NCBI GenBank assembly: GCA_964601935.1
Contig: CAZROP010000002.1
Location: forward strand, 7,299-71,298
DNA length: 64,000 bases
Reading direction: 5' to 3'
Source of the DNA: an uncultured Candidatus Saccharibacteria bacterium
Lineage (GTDB): Bacteria > Patescibacteriota > Minisyncoccia > Phycocordibacterales > UBA1006
In this document: positions 27,505 through 37,360 of the stretch, in pieces
How positions within the stretch are numbered: the first letter of the stretch is position 1
How the letters are laid out: every line of letters begins with the position of its first letter
Notes under the pieces: generated by a model
Told to the model about the DNA's origin: nothing
The model's database searches: none
What the model saw: only the letters and a program-made list of their open reading frames with translations
Position numbers and translations under genes: made by a program

Positions 27505-27831
27505 CTACCAGACTCGGGAAGGTGAAAGCTCTGTCCCTACCCACCAATGCCTATACGCCCATCCTATGGGGACACAGGGTATGGTTGTGTCTTGTGGAAG
27601 GGTATTAACTTGGTGGTAATCCGCGGCGCTTTTCATAACAAATATATTCGTAGACCTTGCAGAGAAGTCTGTGTAATAACCTATCGTAAACTCGTCTTTT
27701 TGTAGAAAACTTGAGGGCAGCGGGTACAATTCTTTTGCTCTCAGCGAGGCAAATAGCGTATTGGGATCTGCTATCTCTTCCTCTTTGACTTGGTAGGTAA
27801 GTATGACGCTATTGAGATCTTCTCTTTTCAT
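27505..27831 (-). CDS. hypothetical protein
   Basis: 108 aa from the internal ATG (the track start is GTG). Confidence 0.3.
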   Translation of the reverse strand: MKREDLNSVILTYQVKEEEIADPNTLFASLRAKELYPLPSSFLQKDEFTIGYYTDFSARSTNIFVMKSAADYHQVNTLPQDTTIPCVPIGWAYRHWWVGTELSPSRVW

Positions 27832-27947
27832 GGTTGTTAATTTATGAGTGAATAATTTACAAAACACTATACACCATTTTATTTAAGAGTCTAGGTTTGG
27901 TAGTAGTTCAATTATTAATAGTTACCCACATCCCCTAATATAGTGGG

Positions 27948-28006
27948 TTGTGTAACTTTGTGGCAGGGAATATAATGGCTGTGGGGCAAAGTGGGGCATT
28001 CGGGGG
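27948..28006 (+). promoter_or_regulatory. mraZ promoter (TTGTGT-17-TATAAT) with a downstream array of three GTGGGG-type boxes at 10-bp spacing (putative MraZ operator)
   Basis: tataat at about 27971-27976; GTGGGG 27981, GTGGGG 27991, CGGGGG 28001. Confidence 0.5.
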
Positions 28007-28137
28007 AATGTTCAGACTGTGTCGGCCCTAGATTATTCGTCATTCACCATTATTCTGTGGTCTCCTGCCCCCGCTTTACGAGACCACCGAATAGGGGTGA
28101 ATACTAATGATGTATACGCGCTGTAATTGTCCTCTAT

Positions 28138-28572
28138 ATGCTGATCGGAGAATACATACACACCATTGATGATAAAAAGCGTATTGCTCTACCTGCCCGA
28201 TTCCGTACTGAATTAGGGAAAAAGGTAATAATCACGCGTGGATTGGATGGGTGTCTGTTCGTATACTCTGAATCACAGTGGCCTGTTCTGGCTGCAAAAC
28301 TGGGTGAATTATCCATGGGTGGCACTGATTCTCGTGCATTCAACCGATTCATTCTGGGCGGAGCAATCGAAACTGATGTAGATGCAAGTGGGCGCATATT
28401 GATACCCGATTTTTTGCGCACCTTTGCACAATTGGAGGAACGAGTAGTGGTTGCTGGGGTGATGTCACGCGTAGAAATCTGGAACGAAGAGTCATGGAGA
28501 CTGTACACAGCACAGGTCGAATCTCGCGCTGATAAACTGGCTGAAAAACTCAGCGAGGTCGGAATGATTTAA
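28138..28572 (+). CDS. mraZ: transcriptional regulator MraZ
   Basis: 144 aa; duplicated MraZ halves (IDDKKRIALPARFR... / VDASGRILIPDFLR...). Confidence 0.85.
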   Translation: MLIGEYIHTIDDKKRIALPARFRTELGKKVIITRGLDGCLFVYSESQWPVLAAKLGELSMGGTDSRAFNRFILGGAIETDVDASGRILIPDFLRTFAQLEERVVVAGVMSRVEIWNEESWRLYTAQVESRADKLAEKLSEVGMI

Positions 28573-28580
28573 TAATCTAT

Positions 28581-29465
28581 ATGTCACACATCTCTGTACT
28601 ATCACATGAAGTTCTCGAGCATTTGAATATCCAGCCTACGGATACTGTATTGGATGGTACTGTGGGTGGAGCAGGACATAGTGTATTGATGGCAGAACAA
28701 CTATCAGCAGGCGGGCATTTGATATGTTGTGATTTAGATCAGACTGCGCTCGATGCTGCGGTCCCGTTGCTGGCTGATGTGCGTGATAGGGGTGTGCAAG
28801 TGAGTATGTATCATGGTTCATTCGCTGATATTGGGGAAAGTGACGAGTATAATAACGTAAAGTATGACAAAATACTATTGGACCTAGGATGGAGCAGTAA
28901 TCAGTTCGAGAATCCAGACAGAGGATTTTCATTCATGCACGATGGTCCACTGGATATGCGTCTGTCATTCCCTGGTACCGGTACCACTGCGCGAGATATT
29001 TTGCATAACAGTACAGAATCGGAACTCATAGAATTATTGGAAACATTTGGAGAAGAGCCGCATGCAAAGAAAATAGCTGCAGCCATTATCCATGAACGGA
29101 TTCACGGCACGCTCGAAACAACGCATGATTTAGCACGAACAGTAGAGTCTGTTGTTGGTAGAAGAGGCAAAACACATCCTGCCACGCAGACATTTCAGGC
29201 TTTGCGCATCGCAGTCAATCATGAAATAGATGCAATTGTTCGGGGAATTCCTATACTTTTAGATCACTTGAATACAGGAGGGAGGATGTCAGTCATTACT
29301 TTTCATAGTTTAGAAGACAGATTAGTAAAACGAATACTGAGCGACCATGTGACAACAGAGAAATTCCGACTGATCAACAAACATGTAGTAGTTCCTTCTC
29401 GGTCAGAGTTTGTCAGGAATCCTCGCAGTCGCAGTGCAAAGTTACGAACTATAGAACGCATATGA
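28581..29465 (+). CDS. rsmH: 16S rRNA m4C1402 methyltransferase RsmH
   Basis: 294 aa; HISVL..EVL, DGTVGGAGHS, SLEDRLVK motifs. Confidence 0.85.
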   Translation: MSHISVLSHEVLEHLNIQPTDTVLDGTVGGAGHSVLMAEQLSAGGHLICCDLDQTALDAAVPLLADVRDRGVQVSMYHGSFADIGESDEYNNVKYDKILLDLGWSSNQFENPDRGFSFMHDGPLDMRLSFPGTGTTARDILHNSTESELIELLETFGEEPHAKKIAAAIIHERIHGTLETTHDLARTVESVVGRRGKTHPATQTFQALRIAVNHEIDAIVRGIPILLDHLNTGGRMSVITFHSLEDRLVKRILSDHVTTEKFRLINKHVVVPSRSEFVRNPRSRSAKLRTIERI

Positions 29466-29800
29466 AATCAGCTATAAAAATACATAAACAACGAGATTGG
29501 ATGGTGTGGGCACGTCTAGGATGGACGCGTTTGTTGACCGTTGCTGCCATTGTACTGTTTTGCGCACACATGGCACTGTTATTCCATGTGAATTCACTGG
29601 GCTCTGAAATCCAGAATATGGAATTAGCGACGCGTACGGTAGAGCGAGATTCCACAGAAGTACAAACGCAGATCTATACCATTACGCGCGATATGACATT
29701 TATGCAGTTAGCGAGTGTTAATCAATTAGAACTTCGAGAACCTCGAGATATTGCTATCTTGTATATGCAGTTACCGGATCACGCTCTCGTACTGCGATAG
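29462..29800 (+). CDS. ftsL: FtsL-like cell-division protein
   Basis: 112 aa; single TM plus coiled-coil; ATGA overlap with rsmH; canonical dcw position. Confidence 0.5.
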   Translation: MKSAIKIHKQRDWMVWARLGWTRLLTVAAIVLFCAHMALLFHVNSLGSEIQNMELATRTVERDSTEVQTQIYTITRDMTFMQLASVNQLELREPRDIAILYMQLPDHALVLR

Positions 29801-29809
29801 GATACTGGT

Positions 29810-31600
29810 ATGGCAGTACTCCAGCACAAGCATTACAACCACAAACCAGAATCGTTCAACGGTCGGCTCCTCCTTCTGCTGGGTATTATTACGTTATGTT
29901 GTTTATTTATACTGGCTCGGCTGGTATTTTTGCAGGCAATCAAGGGTCCCGCCTATCGTGCCATAGCTGAGCGCATGTACAGCGGTACTACACAAAACGC
30001 CGGGTCGTCTGACAGGGGAGACATCATCATGGTGAACAAAGAAGGTACACGCTATATGCTCGCAGGGCAGCGTGTTCAGTACTTTGCAGTATTGGATCCT
30101 GCAAAGGTGGTCAGTCCCGCAGAGGCATACCAGCAAATCAGTACACTATTGCCTGACATTAGCCAGGGAGAGTTTGATGGATATATGCGCGAAAAAAGTC
30201 GCCATAAGTTCCAAAGTATTCCTTTGGATAAGCAGTATGTAGAGCAGGTTACGGGCAAAGCTGCAAAGGCAGGTATCATTTCGCCCGGCGTGATGCTGGT
30301 CTCAGAAAAAGTCCGCCACTATCCAGGAGGGACCTTGGCAGCGCATGTGCTGGGGTTTGTAGGATATGTAGGAGACAGATTGGAAGGTCGCTATGGGCTA
30401 GAGCGTCAGTATGATGAAATACTGCGCGTGCAGGATAATAATCTGTATACTAATTTCTTTGTTGAGTTGTTCTCTACTCTCCGTTCATTATCATCGGAGC
30501 CCGCGCAATTGTCAGGACAGGCAACATTGGTAACTACGTTAGAACCAGAAATCCAAAACCGTACAGAAAAATTGCTGGACAGTATCGATAGCAAATTCGC
30601 GCCTCAAGAAGCTGGAATTATTATACTGGATGCGGCAACGGGCGCTGTGCGATCGATGGCACGCACGCCATTGTTTGATGTAAATAATTTTCGTGATGTG
30701 GGCGATATAGATGTGTTTACCAATTCGTCAATACAAAAGGTCTACGAGGTAGGCTCTATCATGAAGCCGCTGGTGATGGCATATGCATTGGAAGAGGGAA
30801 AAATAACGCCCGAGACCGAATATGTTGATAAGGGTTCGGTGGTAGTACATGATCGCACTATCTATAACTTTGATAAAAAAGCTCGAGGGCGCGTGAATAT
30901 GGAACAGGTTTTGATCCAGTCGCTGAACACAGGAATGGTATTTATAATGGACAGGCTGGATAGGAAGGGGTTTAAAGAGTACTTTGAATCATTAGGGTTG
31001 CGTGGTCTCACGGGGATAGATTTGCCCTATGAAGCGCGCGGACTGACAAAAAACATAGACAGTCTCCGGCGTGTTGAATATGCAAATATTTCATTTGGTC
31101 AGGGTGTCGCAGTGACACCTATTGCGATGCTGCGTGCCCTGTCTATACTGTCTAACCATGGCAAATTAGTGCAGCCGTATATCGTAGAGAAAATAGAATA
31201 CCCCTACGGAACATCGCGTGATCTGGGGCTGGTGGCACGATCGGCACAACAACAGATACTATCACCAAAGACTGTCGATGAGGTTGCGGATATTATGGTC
31301 AAACTGGTTGATACTAATTTCAAAAATAGTCCCCATTACCTGAAGCATTATTCAGTTGCCGCAAAAACAGGTACTGCACAAATCGCAAGTGGTTCGGCAG
31401 GATATTCAGAAGGGCGTCGGCTGCATACATTCTATGGGTTTTTCCCTGCACGCAATCCTCGATTCTCGGTATTTCTGTATGCGGTGCAGCCGCAGGGGGT
31501 GCAGTATTCAGCGCAGACTCTGGCGGAACCATTTCTCGAGTTGTCGCAGTTTCTTGTGAACTATTACAATATCCCGCCTGATAGAGGATTGTTACAGTAA
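29810..31600 (+). CDS. ftsI: class B penicillin-binding protein (FtsI-like)
   Basis: 596 aa; SIMK (SxxK), SLN (SxN), KTGTAQ motifs; dcw position. Confidence 0.8.
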   Translation: MAVLQHKHYNHKPESFNGRLLLLLGIITLCCLFILARLVFLQAIKGPAYRAIAERMYSGTTQNAGSSDRGDIIMVNKEGTRYMLAGQRVQYFAVLDPAKVVSPAEAYQQISTLLPDISQGEFDGYMREKSRHKFQSIPLDKQYVEQVTGKAAKAGIISPGVMLVSEKVRHYPGGTLAAHVLGFVGYVGDRLEGRYGLERQYDEILRVQDNNLYTNFFVELFSTLRSLSSEPAQLSGQATLVTTLEPEIQNRTEKLLDSIDSKFAPQEAGIIILDAATGAVRSMARTPLFDVNNFRDVGDIDVFTNSSIQKVYEVGSIMKPLVMAYALEEGKITPETEYVDKGSVVVHDRTIYNFDKKARGRVNMEQVLIQSLNTGMVFIMDRLDRKGFKEYFESLGLRGLTGIDLPYEARGLTKNIDSLRRVEYANISFGQGVAVTPIAMLRALSILSNHGKLVQPYIVEKIEYPYGTSRDLGLVARSAQQQILSPKTVDEVADIMVKLVDTNFKNSPHYLKHYSVAAKTGTAQIASGSAGYSEGRRLHTFYGFFPARNPRFSVFLYAVQPQGVQYSAQTLAEPFLELSQFLVNYYNIPPDRGLLQ

Positions 31601-31607
31601 TATAAGG

Positions 31608-31698
31608 CAAAATTCGTACTTTATATTCCAAAATCCTGCAAAACTCGCCCAAGGCTCAAAACAGTTTCAGATTTTTCCATACTAAAGTACGAATTTTG
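31608..31698. repeat. intergenic repeat element, copy 1 (core AAATCCTGCAAAACTCGCCCAAGGCTCAAAACAGTTTCAGATTT flanked by 15-bp inverted repeats)
   Basis: flanks aaaattcgtacttta / taaagtacgaatttt; second copy at about 37361-37445. Confidence 0.5.
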
Positions 31699-31896
31699 CA
31701 ATAATCTTACTTTTTTCGTCAAAGAAATTTCAGAATAGCACTAAAACATGAACGCGAGATAGGAGATACACATACCAACTACTACTAAAAAGATGACTAC
31801 TACTCTGATAAGCTTTACCTTTTTCATGCGCTGGGTGTTATACATGTTGAATGACATAGATTGCTGAAGTATACTACAATAGATTACAAATTCAAT

Positions 31897-32271
31897 ATGA
31901 TCATTTCACGCAAGCATCGTATCCCGCAACACTGGAAAGTAGTCATAAATGCTGCTGTTGTTTTCTTGTGCGTAGTATTTGTAGTGCGTATTGGCGAACT
32001 ATTGCACGGGATGCGTGTATCGCGTGAACGTCTAGAGCATGTGCAAAATGCTCATAACCAGGCAGTGCAGCAGCATCAGGATTTGGTGCAGGAATACACG
32101 GATCTCACCACGCCTGATGGGGTAGAATACTATGTACGTAACCATTATCGCGCTATTTCCGAAGGTGAGGAACTGGTCGTAGTCGTTGACCCGCGCGCGG
32201 TAGTAGAACCCAAACCTATAGCGCCTCTCACCTGGCAGGAGCGATTACGACTATTTTTCCATATTCCGTAA
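31897..32271 (+). CDS. FtsB/DivIC-like septum formation initiator
   Basis: 124 aa from the ATG; TM (VVINAAVVFLCVVFVV) then coiled-coil then YYVRNHYRAISEGEELV. Confidence 0.5.
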   Translation: MIISRKHRIPQHWKVVINAAVVFLCVVFVVRIGELLHGMRVSRERLEHVQNAHNQAVQQHQDLVQEYTDLTTPDGVEYYVRNHYRAISEGEELVVVVDPRAVVEPKPIAPLTWQERLRLFFHIP

Positions 32272-32353
32272 TGACGTACACTTATTGGATGCGGTGGGAT
32301 GTAGGTGGTATACTGATATCTATTATTCATTTAAATTAACCTTGAACATACAT

Positions 32354-32683
32354 ATGGCGAAACATGAAGTCACTATTTACTCAACGTCTACGTGCCATTA
32401 TTGTACTGTGGCAAAAGACTTTTTCCGTTCTCACAATATAGAGTATACCGAATACAACGTAGGATTGGATGCAGAAAAGCGTATGGAAATGGTAGATTTA
32501 ACAGGGCAAATGGGTGTACCTGTTATAGTGGTAGATGGTGTGGCGACGGTTGGATTTAACGAGTCTCATTTGCGTGATGCATTGGGTATGAATGGTCATG
32601 GTAGATCTGACACAAATAGTCCAGATGGTGAAGCTGGAGGATCGGTATGGTCCCGCGTCAGAAGCGTGCTGGGATTGGAATAG
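32354..32683 (+). CDS. glutaredoxin/NrdH-like thiol-disulfide protein with C-terminal extension
   Basis: 109 aa; VTIYSTSTCHYCTVAKDFF with a CxxC active site. Confidence 0.55.
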   Translation: MAKHEVTIYSTSTCHYCTVAKDFFRSHNIEYTEYNVGLDAEKRMEMVDLTGQMGVPVIVVDGVATVGFNESHLRDALGMNGHGRSDTNSPDGEAGGSVWSRVRSVLGLE

Positions 32684-32732
32684 TGTCGATATTGGTATAT
32701 ACTGCACAGGATGTCTGTCACAGATACAGCAT

Positions 32733-32804
32733 CCTTTCGTAGTTCAATGGATAGAACGGTTCCGTCCTAAGGAAAGAATGTAGGTTCGATTCCTACCGAG
32801 AGGA
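32733..32804 (+). tRNA. tRNA-Arg (anticodon CCT)
   Basis: acceptor CCTTTCG/CGAGAGG, D-arm GTTC-AATGGATA-GAAC, anticodon loop GTCCTAA, T-arm GTAGG-TTCGATT-CCTAC; one G·A mismatch in the anticodon stem; no CCA. Confidence 0.7.
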
Positions 32805-32908
32805 CACGTAACGAGAGTTTCTCTATCTCAGAAAATACACCGTCTTATCGTTAGGGTAGAATCAAAACCAGGACGATCCAATTATCAGAATAGTTTAATT
32901 ATAATTCT

Positions 32909-33730
32909 ATGAAAAAAATATCATTTAATAACATTAGTCCATCGGATGCGTTGATGGGGTCAGGAGCTCTATTTTTAGTAGTTCTGACGATTGCAGCAGT
33001 AACACTATTGGTAATGCAAATCGCAAAACCAAGTAACGATTATCAGGGGCGTACTATTACCGTGTCAGCGACGGGCGATGCGTTCCAGACGCCAGATGTT
33101 GCGGAGTTTACCTATACCGTTCGCAAGGAAGGCAAAGATGTTTCTACTACTCAGACAGAGGTTACCAAACAGTCTAATGCTGTATTAGAGTCCCTGAAGG
33201 AAATCGGTGTCAAAGAAGAAGACATCCAAACACAGAATATCTCTGCGAATCCTCGCTATGAATGGCAGAATAGGGCGGTCACCTGTCCTGTAGGCAATTA
33301 CTGTCCGCCTGAAGGTAGAAATGTTCTCGTTGGATACGAATCTTCCATTACTGTAGCGGTTCGCACACGTGATTTCGATTTAGCGAGCAAAATACTATCA
33401 ACGCTAGGAGCGGCAAATGTCTCTGACATCCAGGGTCCACAATTCACTACAGAAGATCCAGACCAGGCACAAAATGAAGCTCGCGAAGAAGCTCTTGTGC
33501 GTGCACGCGAAAAGGCAAAGTCTATGGCTTCCGCAATGGGGGTTCGTCTGGGTCGTGTAGTATCATTTAGCGAGGGGGGCGATGTATATCCTATGTACGC
33601 TCGTGCAGAATCAGCTGCATACGATATGGCGGGTAATATGACAAAGTCGGTCGCCGCTCCGGTACCAGTGATTGCTGCAGGTCAGGACAAAATATCGGTA
33701 TCAGTGAACGTGGTCTATCGTATTCGTTAA
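32909..33730 (+). CDS. SIMPL-domain (YggE/DUF541-like) membrane-anchored protein
   Basis: 273 aa; N-terminal TM; TITVSATGDAFQTPDVAEF...ISVSVNVVYRI resembles the SIMPL domain. Confidence 0.5.
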   Translation: MKKISFNNISPSDALMGSGALFLVVLTIAAVTLLVMQIAKPSNDYQGRTITVSATGDAFQTPDVAEFTYTVRKEGKDVSTTQTEVTKQSNAVLESLKEIGVKEEDIQTQNISANPRYEWQNRAVTCPVGNYCPPEGRNVLVGYESSITVAVRTRDFDLASKILSTLGAANVSDIQGPQFTTEDPDQAQNEAREEALVRAREKAKSMASAMGVRLGRVVSFSEGGDVYPMYARAESAAYDMAGNMTKSVAAPVPVIAAGQDKISVSVNVVYRIR

Positions 33731-33890
33731 TCTAATTAACAATGATACAAGATTTCGATTTATTACAACAAAAGCACCTGCAAAAGGTGCTTTTGTTGTA
33801 TGATTCGTTTGGATGGCTAGTTATAGAATGCAAGTACTTTTGCACAGTAAAAAGTGCGTTGTTTGGCTATAGAGTGATACTATAGATGGT

Positions 33891-34979
33891 ATGGGTTCAC
33901 TCTTTGATGACATGAAGGCGCCGCGTTTTTGGTTAGCAGGACTGCTCGTTTTTGGCTTGGGATTGGCACTGTGGAAGGCATCGTCCATGATCATCATTGT
34001 GATGTCAGCAATTGTTCTCTCTATTTTTATAGAATCGCTAGCAGAATATATACAGCGATTTTTGCGATTACCTCGATTTCTATCAATCATCATTGTGTTT
34101 GTCCTGGTACTGCTCATGTTCGGATTTCTCATAGCGTCCGCAATTCCTGTGTTTATAAAGGAAATCAGCGTTCTCGCCCCATTGATTCCTGATGGGGATA
34201 GTTTGGGTAAAATTTTATCAGCATTCGGAGTAGGTGCGGAATCAACCGATTCAGTTCTATCATTTTCTCCTGATTTATTGACACAGGTTTCGGGTGGCGT
34301 CAAAACCGCTTCGCAGGGTATTTTCAAAGTCGTCATATCAACATTCGGTGGCTTTGCTAATATGGTCCTGTTGGGAATGCTGTCGCTGTATCTGGCACTG
34401 GAGGATAGGGCAATAGAGCGATTAATTTTTGCCATTGCTCCAAAACAGTCCGAGGTATATATTGCTTCTCTCTGGAATCGAATTCGAGCCAAGACTGAGG
34501 GCTGGTTCCGCGGACAGGTAGTAGTAGCCGGCATTGTGGCGGTGTGTACGTATATCGGTTTGACATTATTAGGTGTACCGTACGCATTTCTACTGGCTGC
34601 ACTGGCAGCAGTAATGGGAATTATTCCTTTCGGTATTGTAGTTGCATTTTTGCCGGCACTTGGAATTGCACTATCAAAAGGTGGTGTTTTGACACCGGTG
34701 TATGTCACAATACTCTATGCATCGATACAGTATATTACTGACTATATTGTACAACCACTGGTAACACGTCGTGTCACAGGGCTACCGCCATTGTTAGTGA
34801 TTATATCAGTGGTGGTATCAGTGACCCTATTTGGATTCCTTGGATTCTTTATCGCTATTCCAGGATCTATATTCCTGCTGGAAATAGTACGTGATATAGA
34901 GCGACAAAAAGGAGAGTTGGACAATAATGCGCTTTTGGAAACTAATTTTTCTGAAGAAGAGGCGGTCAGCAATAGTTAA
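33891..34979 (+). CDS. AI-2E family transporter (PerM/YdiK-like)
   Basis: 362 aa; 7-8 TM helices; C-terminal MGIIPFGIVVAFLPALGIAL typical of the family; the antisense ORF 33821..34708 is rejected. Confidence 0.6.
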   Translation: MGSLFDDMKAPRFWLAGLLVFGLGLALWKASSMIIIVMSAIVLSIFIESLAEYIQRFLRLPRFLSIIIVFVLVLLMFGFLIASAIPVFIKEISVLAPLIPDGDSLGKILSAFGVGAESTDSVLSFSPDLLTQVSGGVKTASQGIFKVVISTFGGFANMVLLGMLSLYLALEDRAIERLIFAIAPKQSEVYIASLWNRIRAKTEGWFRGQVVVAGIVAVCTYIGLTLLGVPYAFLLAALAAVMGIIPFGIVVAFLPALGIALSKGGVLTPVYVTILYASIQYITDYIVQPLVTRRVTGLPPLLVIISVVVSVTLFGFLGFFIAIPGSIFLLEIVRDIERQKGELDNNALLETNFSEEEAVSNS

Positions 34980-35063
34980 TAATTTTTTGTAATCGGACCT
35001 GAAAACAGGTGCTCTTTTGGAGTGCCTATGAAAACACTCAGTAATCATGTATGATAGGAGTAT

Positions 35064-36518
35064 ATGGAAGCATCTCCTCGTTATATCACAACTACGTTGC
35101 CCTATGTCAATGCAGAGCCTCATGTGGGTTTTTCTATGGAACTCATTCGTGCTGATGCTATTGCACGATTCCATACTTTGTTAGGTCGTGATGTATTTTT
35201 TAACACGGGTACCGACGAGCATGGACAAAAACTGCTCGATGCTGCTATTACAGCTGGGGAGCCTGTCGAAAACTATGTGGGCAGACATGCCCAGCTCTTT
35301 CGGGAATTAGCGGGAATTCTGGGCGTTACGCCTGACGTACATTTTATACGAACTACTGATACACACCATATGCAGGGCGCTCAGGAATTCTGGCGTCGTG
35401 TATATGATAATGGCTATATCTATAAATCTACTTATCAAGCAAAATATTGCGTAGGGTGCGAGTTAGAAAAATCAGATTCTGAATTGGTCGATGGTCAGTG
35501 CCCAATTCATCCTACTATGCAGGTTCAGTTTATTGACGAGGAAAATTACTTTTTTAAATTCTCGGCATTTCAAGACAGAATCCTAGAGTTATATACCGCG
35601 AAGCCTGATTTTGTAGTTCCTGATTCCAGGATGAAAGAAATTACCTCATTTGTGCAATCGGGTCTGCGAGATTTCCCGGTCTCTCGGTTGAAATCAAAGA
35701 TGCCGTGGGGTGTTCCGGTACCAGGCGATGACGATCATGTTATGTATGTTTGGTTCGATGCTTTGACGAATTATATTACTACGCTCGGTTGGCCCCATGA
35801 TATGGATCAATTCAATCGCTATTGGGTGAACGGTTTGCCGGCTCAGTACTGCGGTCAAGACAATGTACGTCAGCAGTCTGCTATATGGCAGGCAATGTTG
35901 ATGGCCGCTGATTTGCCGCTGAGCAATCAAATTCATATTAATGGTTTTATTGTAGGAGCTGATGGTCGCAAAATGTCGAAATCGATAGGCAATGTGATTG
36001 ATCCTTTGCCATTGGTTGATCACTATGGTTCGCAGGCATTGCGGTATTTTCTTCTGCACTATATTCATCCGTATGAAGGCTCACCTATGAGCTACGAAGC
36101 GTTCCATGATCGCTATACAGCAGATTTGGTAAATGGTATCGGCAATCTGACATCACGTTTGTTGAATATGTCTGAAAAGTATCTAGACAACTGCCCCGAA
36201 CTACCTGACAGTTCGATTCCCTTGGACTGGTTGGAGGCATTTGAATCATTCCGTCCGGACATTGCCTGTGGTATAGTTCTGAAATGGGTGGCGGATCTGG
36301 ATGGAGATATTACGAAAACAGAACCTTTTAAGCTGATAAAGGTTAACTCAGAAAAAGCAAAACATTTAATATCCGAATATGTTGTGCGCCTGTATACTAT
36401 TGCTCGTATGCTGAACCCAATTATGCCAGAGATTTCGAGCGCTATAAAATCGTATGTAAAGGCAAATAAAAAACCCGAAACACCGCTGTTTCCGCGTGTA
36501 GACATGATAGAGGTGTAG
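35064..36518 (+). CDS. metG: methionyl-tRNA synthetase, minimal form lacking the C-terminal tRNA-binding domain
   Basis: 484 aa; PYVNAEPHVGF (HIGH-like), GTDEHGQK, KMSKSIGN. Confidence 0.9.
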   Translation: MEASPRYITTTLPYVNAEPHVGFSMELIRADAIARFHTLLGRDVFFNTGTDEHGQKLLDAAITAGEPVENYVGRHAQLFRELAGILGVTPDVHFIRTTDTHHMQGAQEFWRRVYDNGYIYKSTYQAKYCVGCELEKSDSELVDGQCPIHPTMQVQFIDEENYFFKFSAFQDRILELYTAKPDFVVPDSRMKEITSFVQSGLRDFPVSRLKSKMPWGVPVPGDDDHVMYVWFDALTNYITTLGWPHDMDQFNRYWVNGLPAQYCGQDNVRQQSAIWQAMLMAADLPLSNQIHINGFIVGADGRKMSKSIGNVIDPLPLVDHYGSQALRYFLLHYIHPYEGSPMSYEAFHDRYTADLVNGIGNLTSRLLNMSEKYLDNCPELPDSSIPLDWLEAFESFRPDIACGIVLKWVADLDGDITKTEPFKLIKVNSEKAKHLISEYVVRLYTIARMLNPIMPEISSAIKSYVKANKKPETPLFPRVDMIEV

Positions 36519-36547
36519 ATCGTCGCAGTTTCTTCAAGATTTATTAT

Positions 36548-37330
36548 ATGTATATAGACACACACTCGCATCTGAACCTTGATCAGTTTACCGATGATAT
36601 CGAGGCGGTTATTGACCAGATGCGTACCATGCAGATACGTACACAGACAGTCGGAGTAGATGTATCAACCAGTGTACGTGCCCTAGAAATCGCTGCACAG
36701 TTTCCAGAACTATCCCGAGCACTCGTGGGCATGCATCCTGCCTATGTACAGTCAGGAGTTGAGTATGATCACGACCTGCTGCAGTTACGAAGTTTTCTGG
36801 ATAATCCTCTCTGCGTTGGAATAGGGGAATGTGGTTTTGATTATTTCCGGTCTGCAAAATCGGAAGTATATGATGCACAGCAATTCATATTTCATACTCA
36901 GATGGGATGGGCTCAGGAAGTGGGGTTGCCGGTAATGCTGCATATTCGTCCTACACGCGACACATATGATGCCTACGATGATGCACTGGAGGTACTGCGA
37001 GGGTATCCTGGTGTTCGAGGTCAGGCGCATTTTTTTGCAGGGACTCTCGCTCAGGCGCAGCAGTTTTTGGACCTGGGATACCACATTTCATGTACGGGAG
37101 TTGTCACATTCACGCATGATTATGACGAGGTGGTGCAATACGTGCCTATCGATAGATTGTTACTAGAAACTGATGCGCCGTATGTCGCACCCGCACCGTA
37201 TCGCGGTGCACGATGTGAGCCGTGGCATGTGATTGAGGTTTATAAACGGGTTGCGGAGCTGCGAAATATACCCATCGCAGATCTGCAGGATCAGATGTCC
37301 TCTAATGTGAGTACGCTCTATGGTTGGTAA
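36548..37330 (+). CDS. tatD: TatD-family metal-dependent DNase/hydrolase
   Basis: 260 aa; N-terminal IDTHSHL; GECGFDY. Confidence 0.8.
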   Translation: MYIDTHSHLNLDQFTDDIEAVIDQMRTMQIRTQTVGVDVSTSVRALEIAAQFPELSRALVGMHPAYVQSGVEYDHDLLQLRSFLDNPLCVGIGECGFDYFRSAKSEVYDAQQFIFHTQMGWAQEVGLPVMLHIRPTRDTYDAYDDALEVLRGYPGVRGQAHFFAGTLAQAQQFLDLGYHISCTGVVTFTHDYDEVVQYVPIDRLLLETDAPYVAPAPYRGARCEPWHVIEVYKRVAELRNIPIADLQDQMSSNVSTLYGW

Positions 37331-37360
37331 TAACGCGAGATATCCACTAGATATACCAAA

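Noticed and set aside
33821-34708. 295-aa ORF on the minus strand
   Set aside because: It lies entirely antisense to the well-supported AI-2E transporter gene. It is low-complexity with no motifs.
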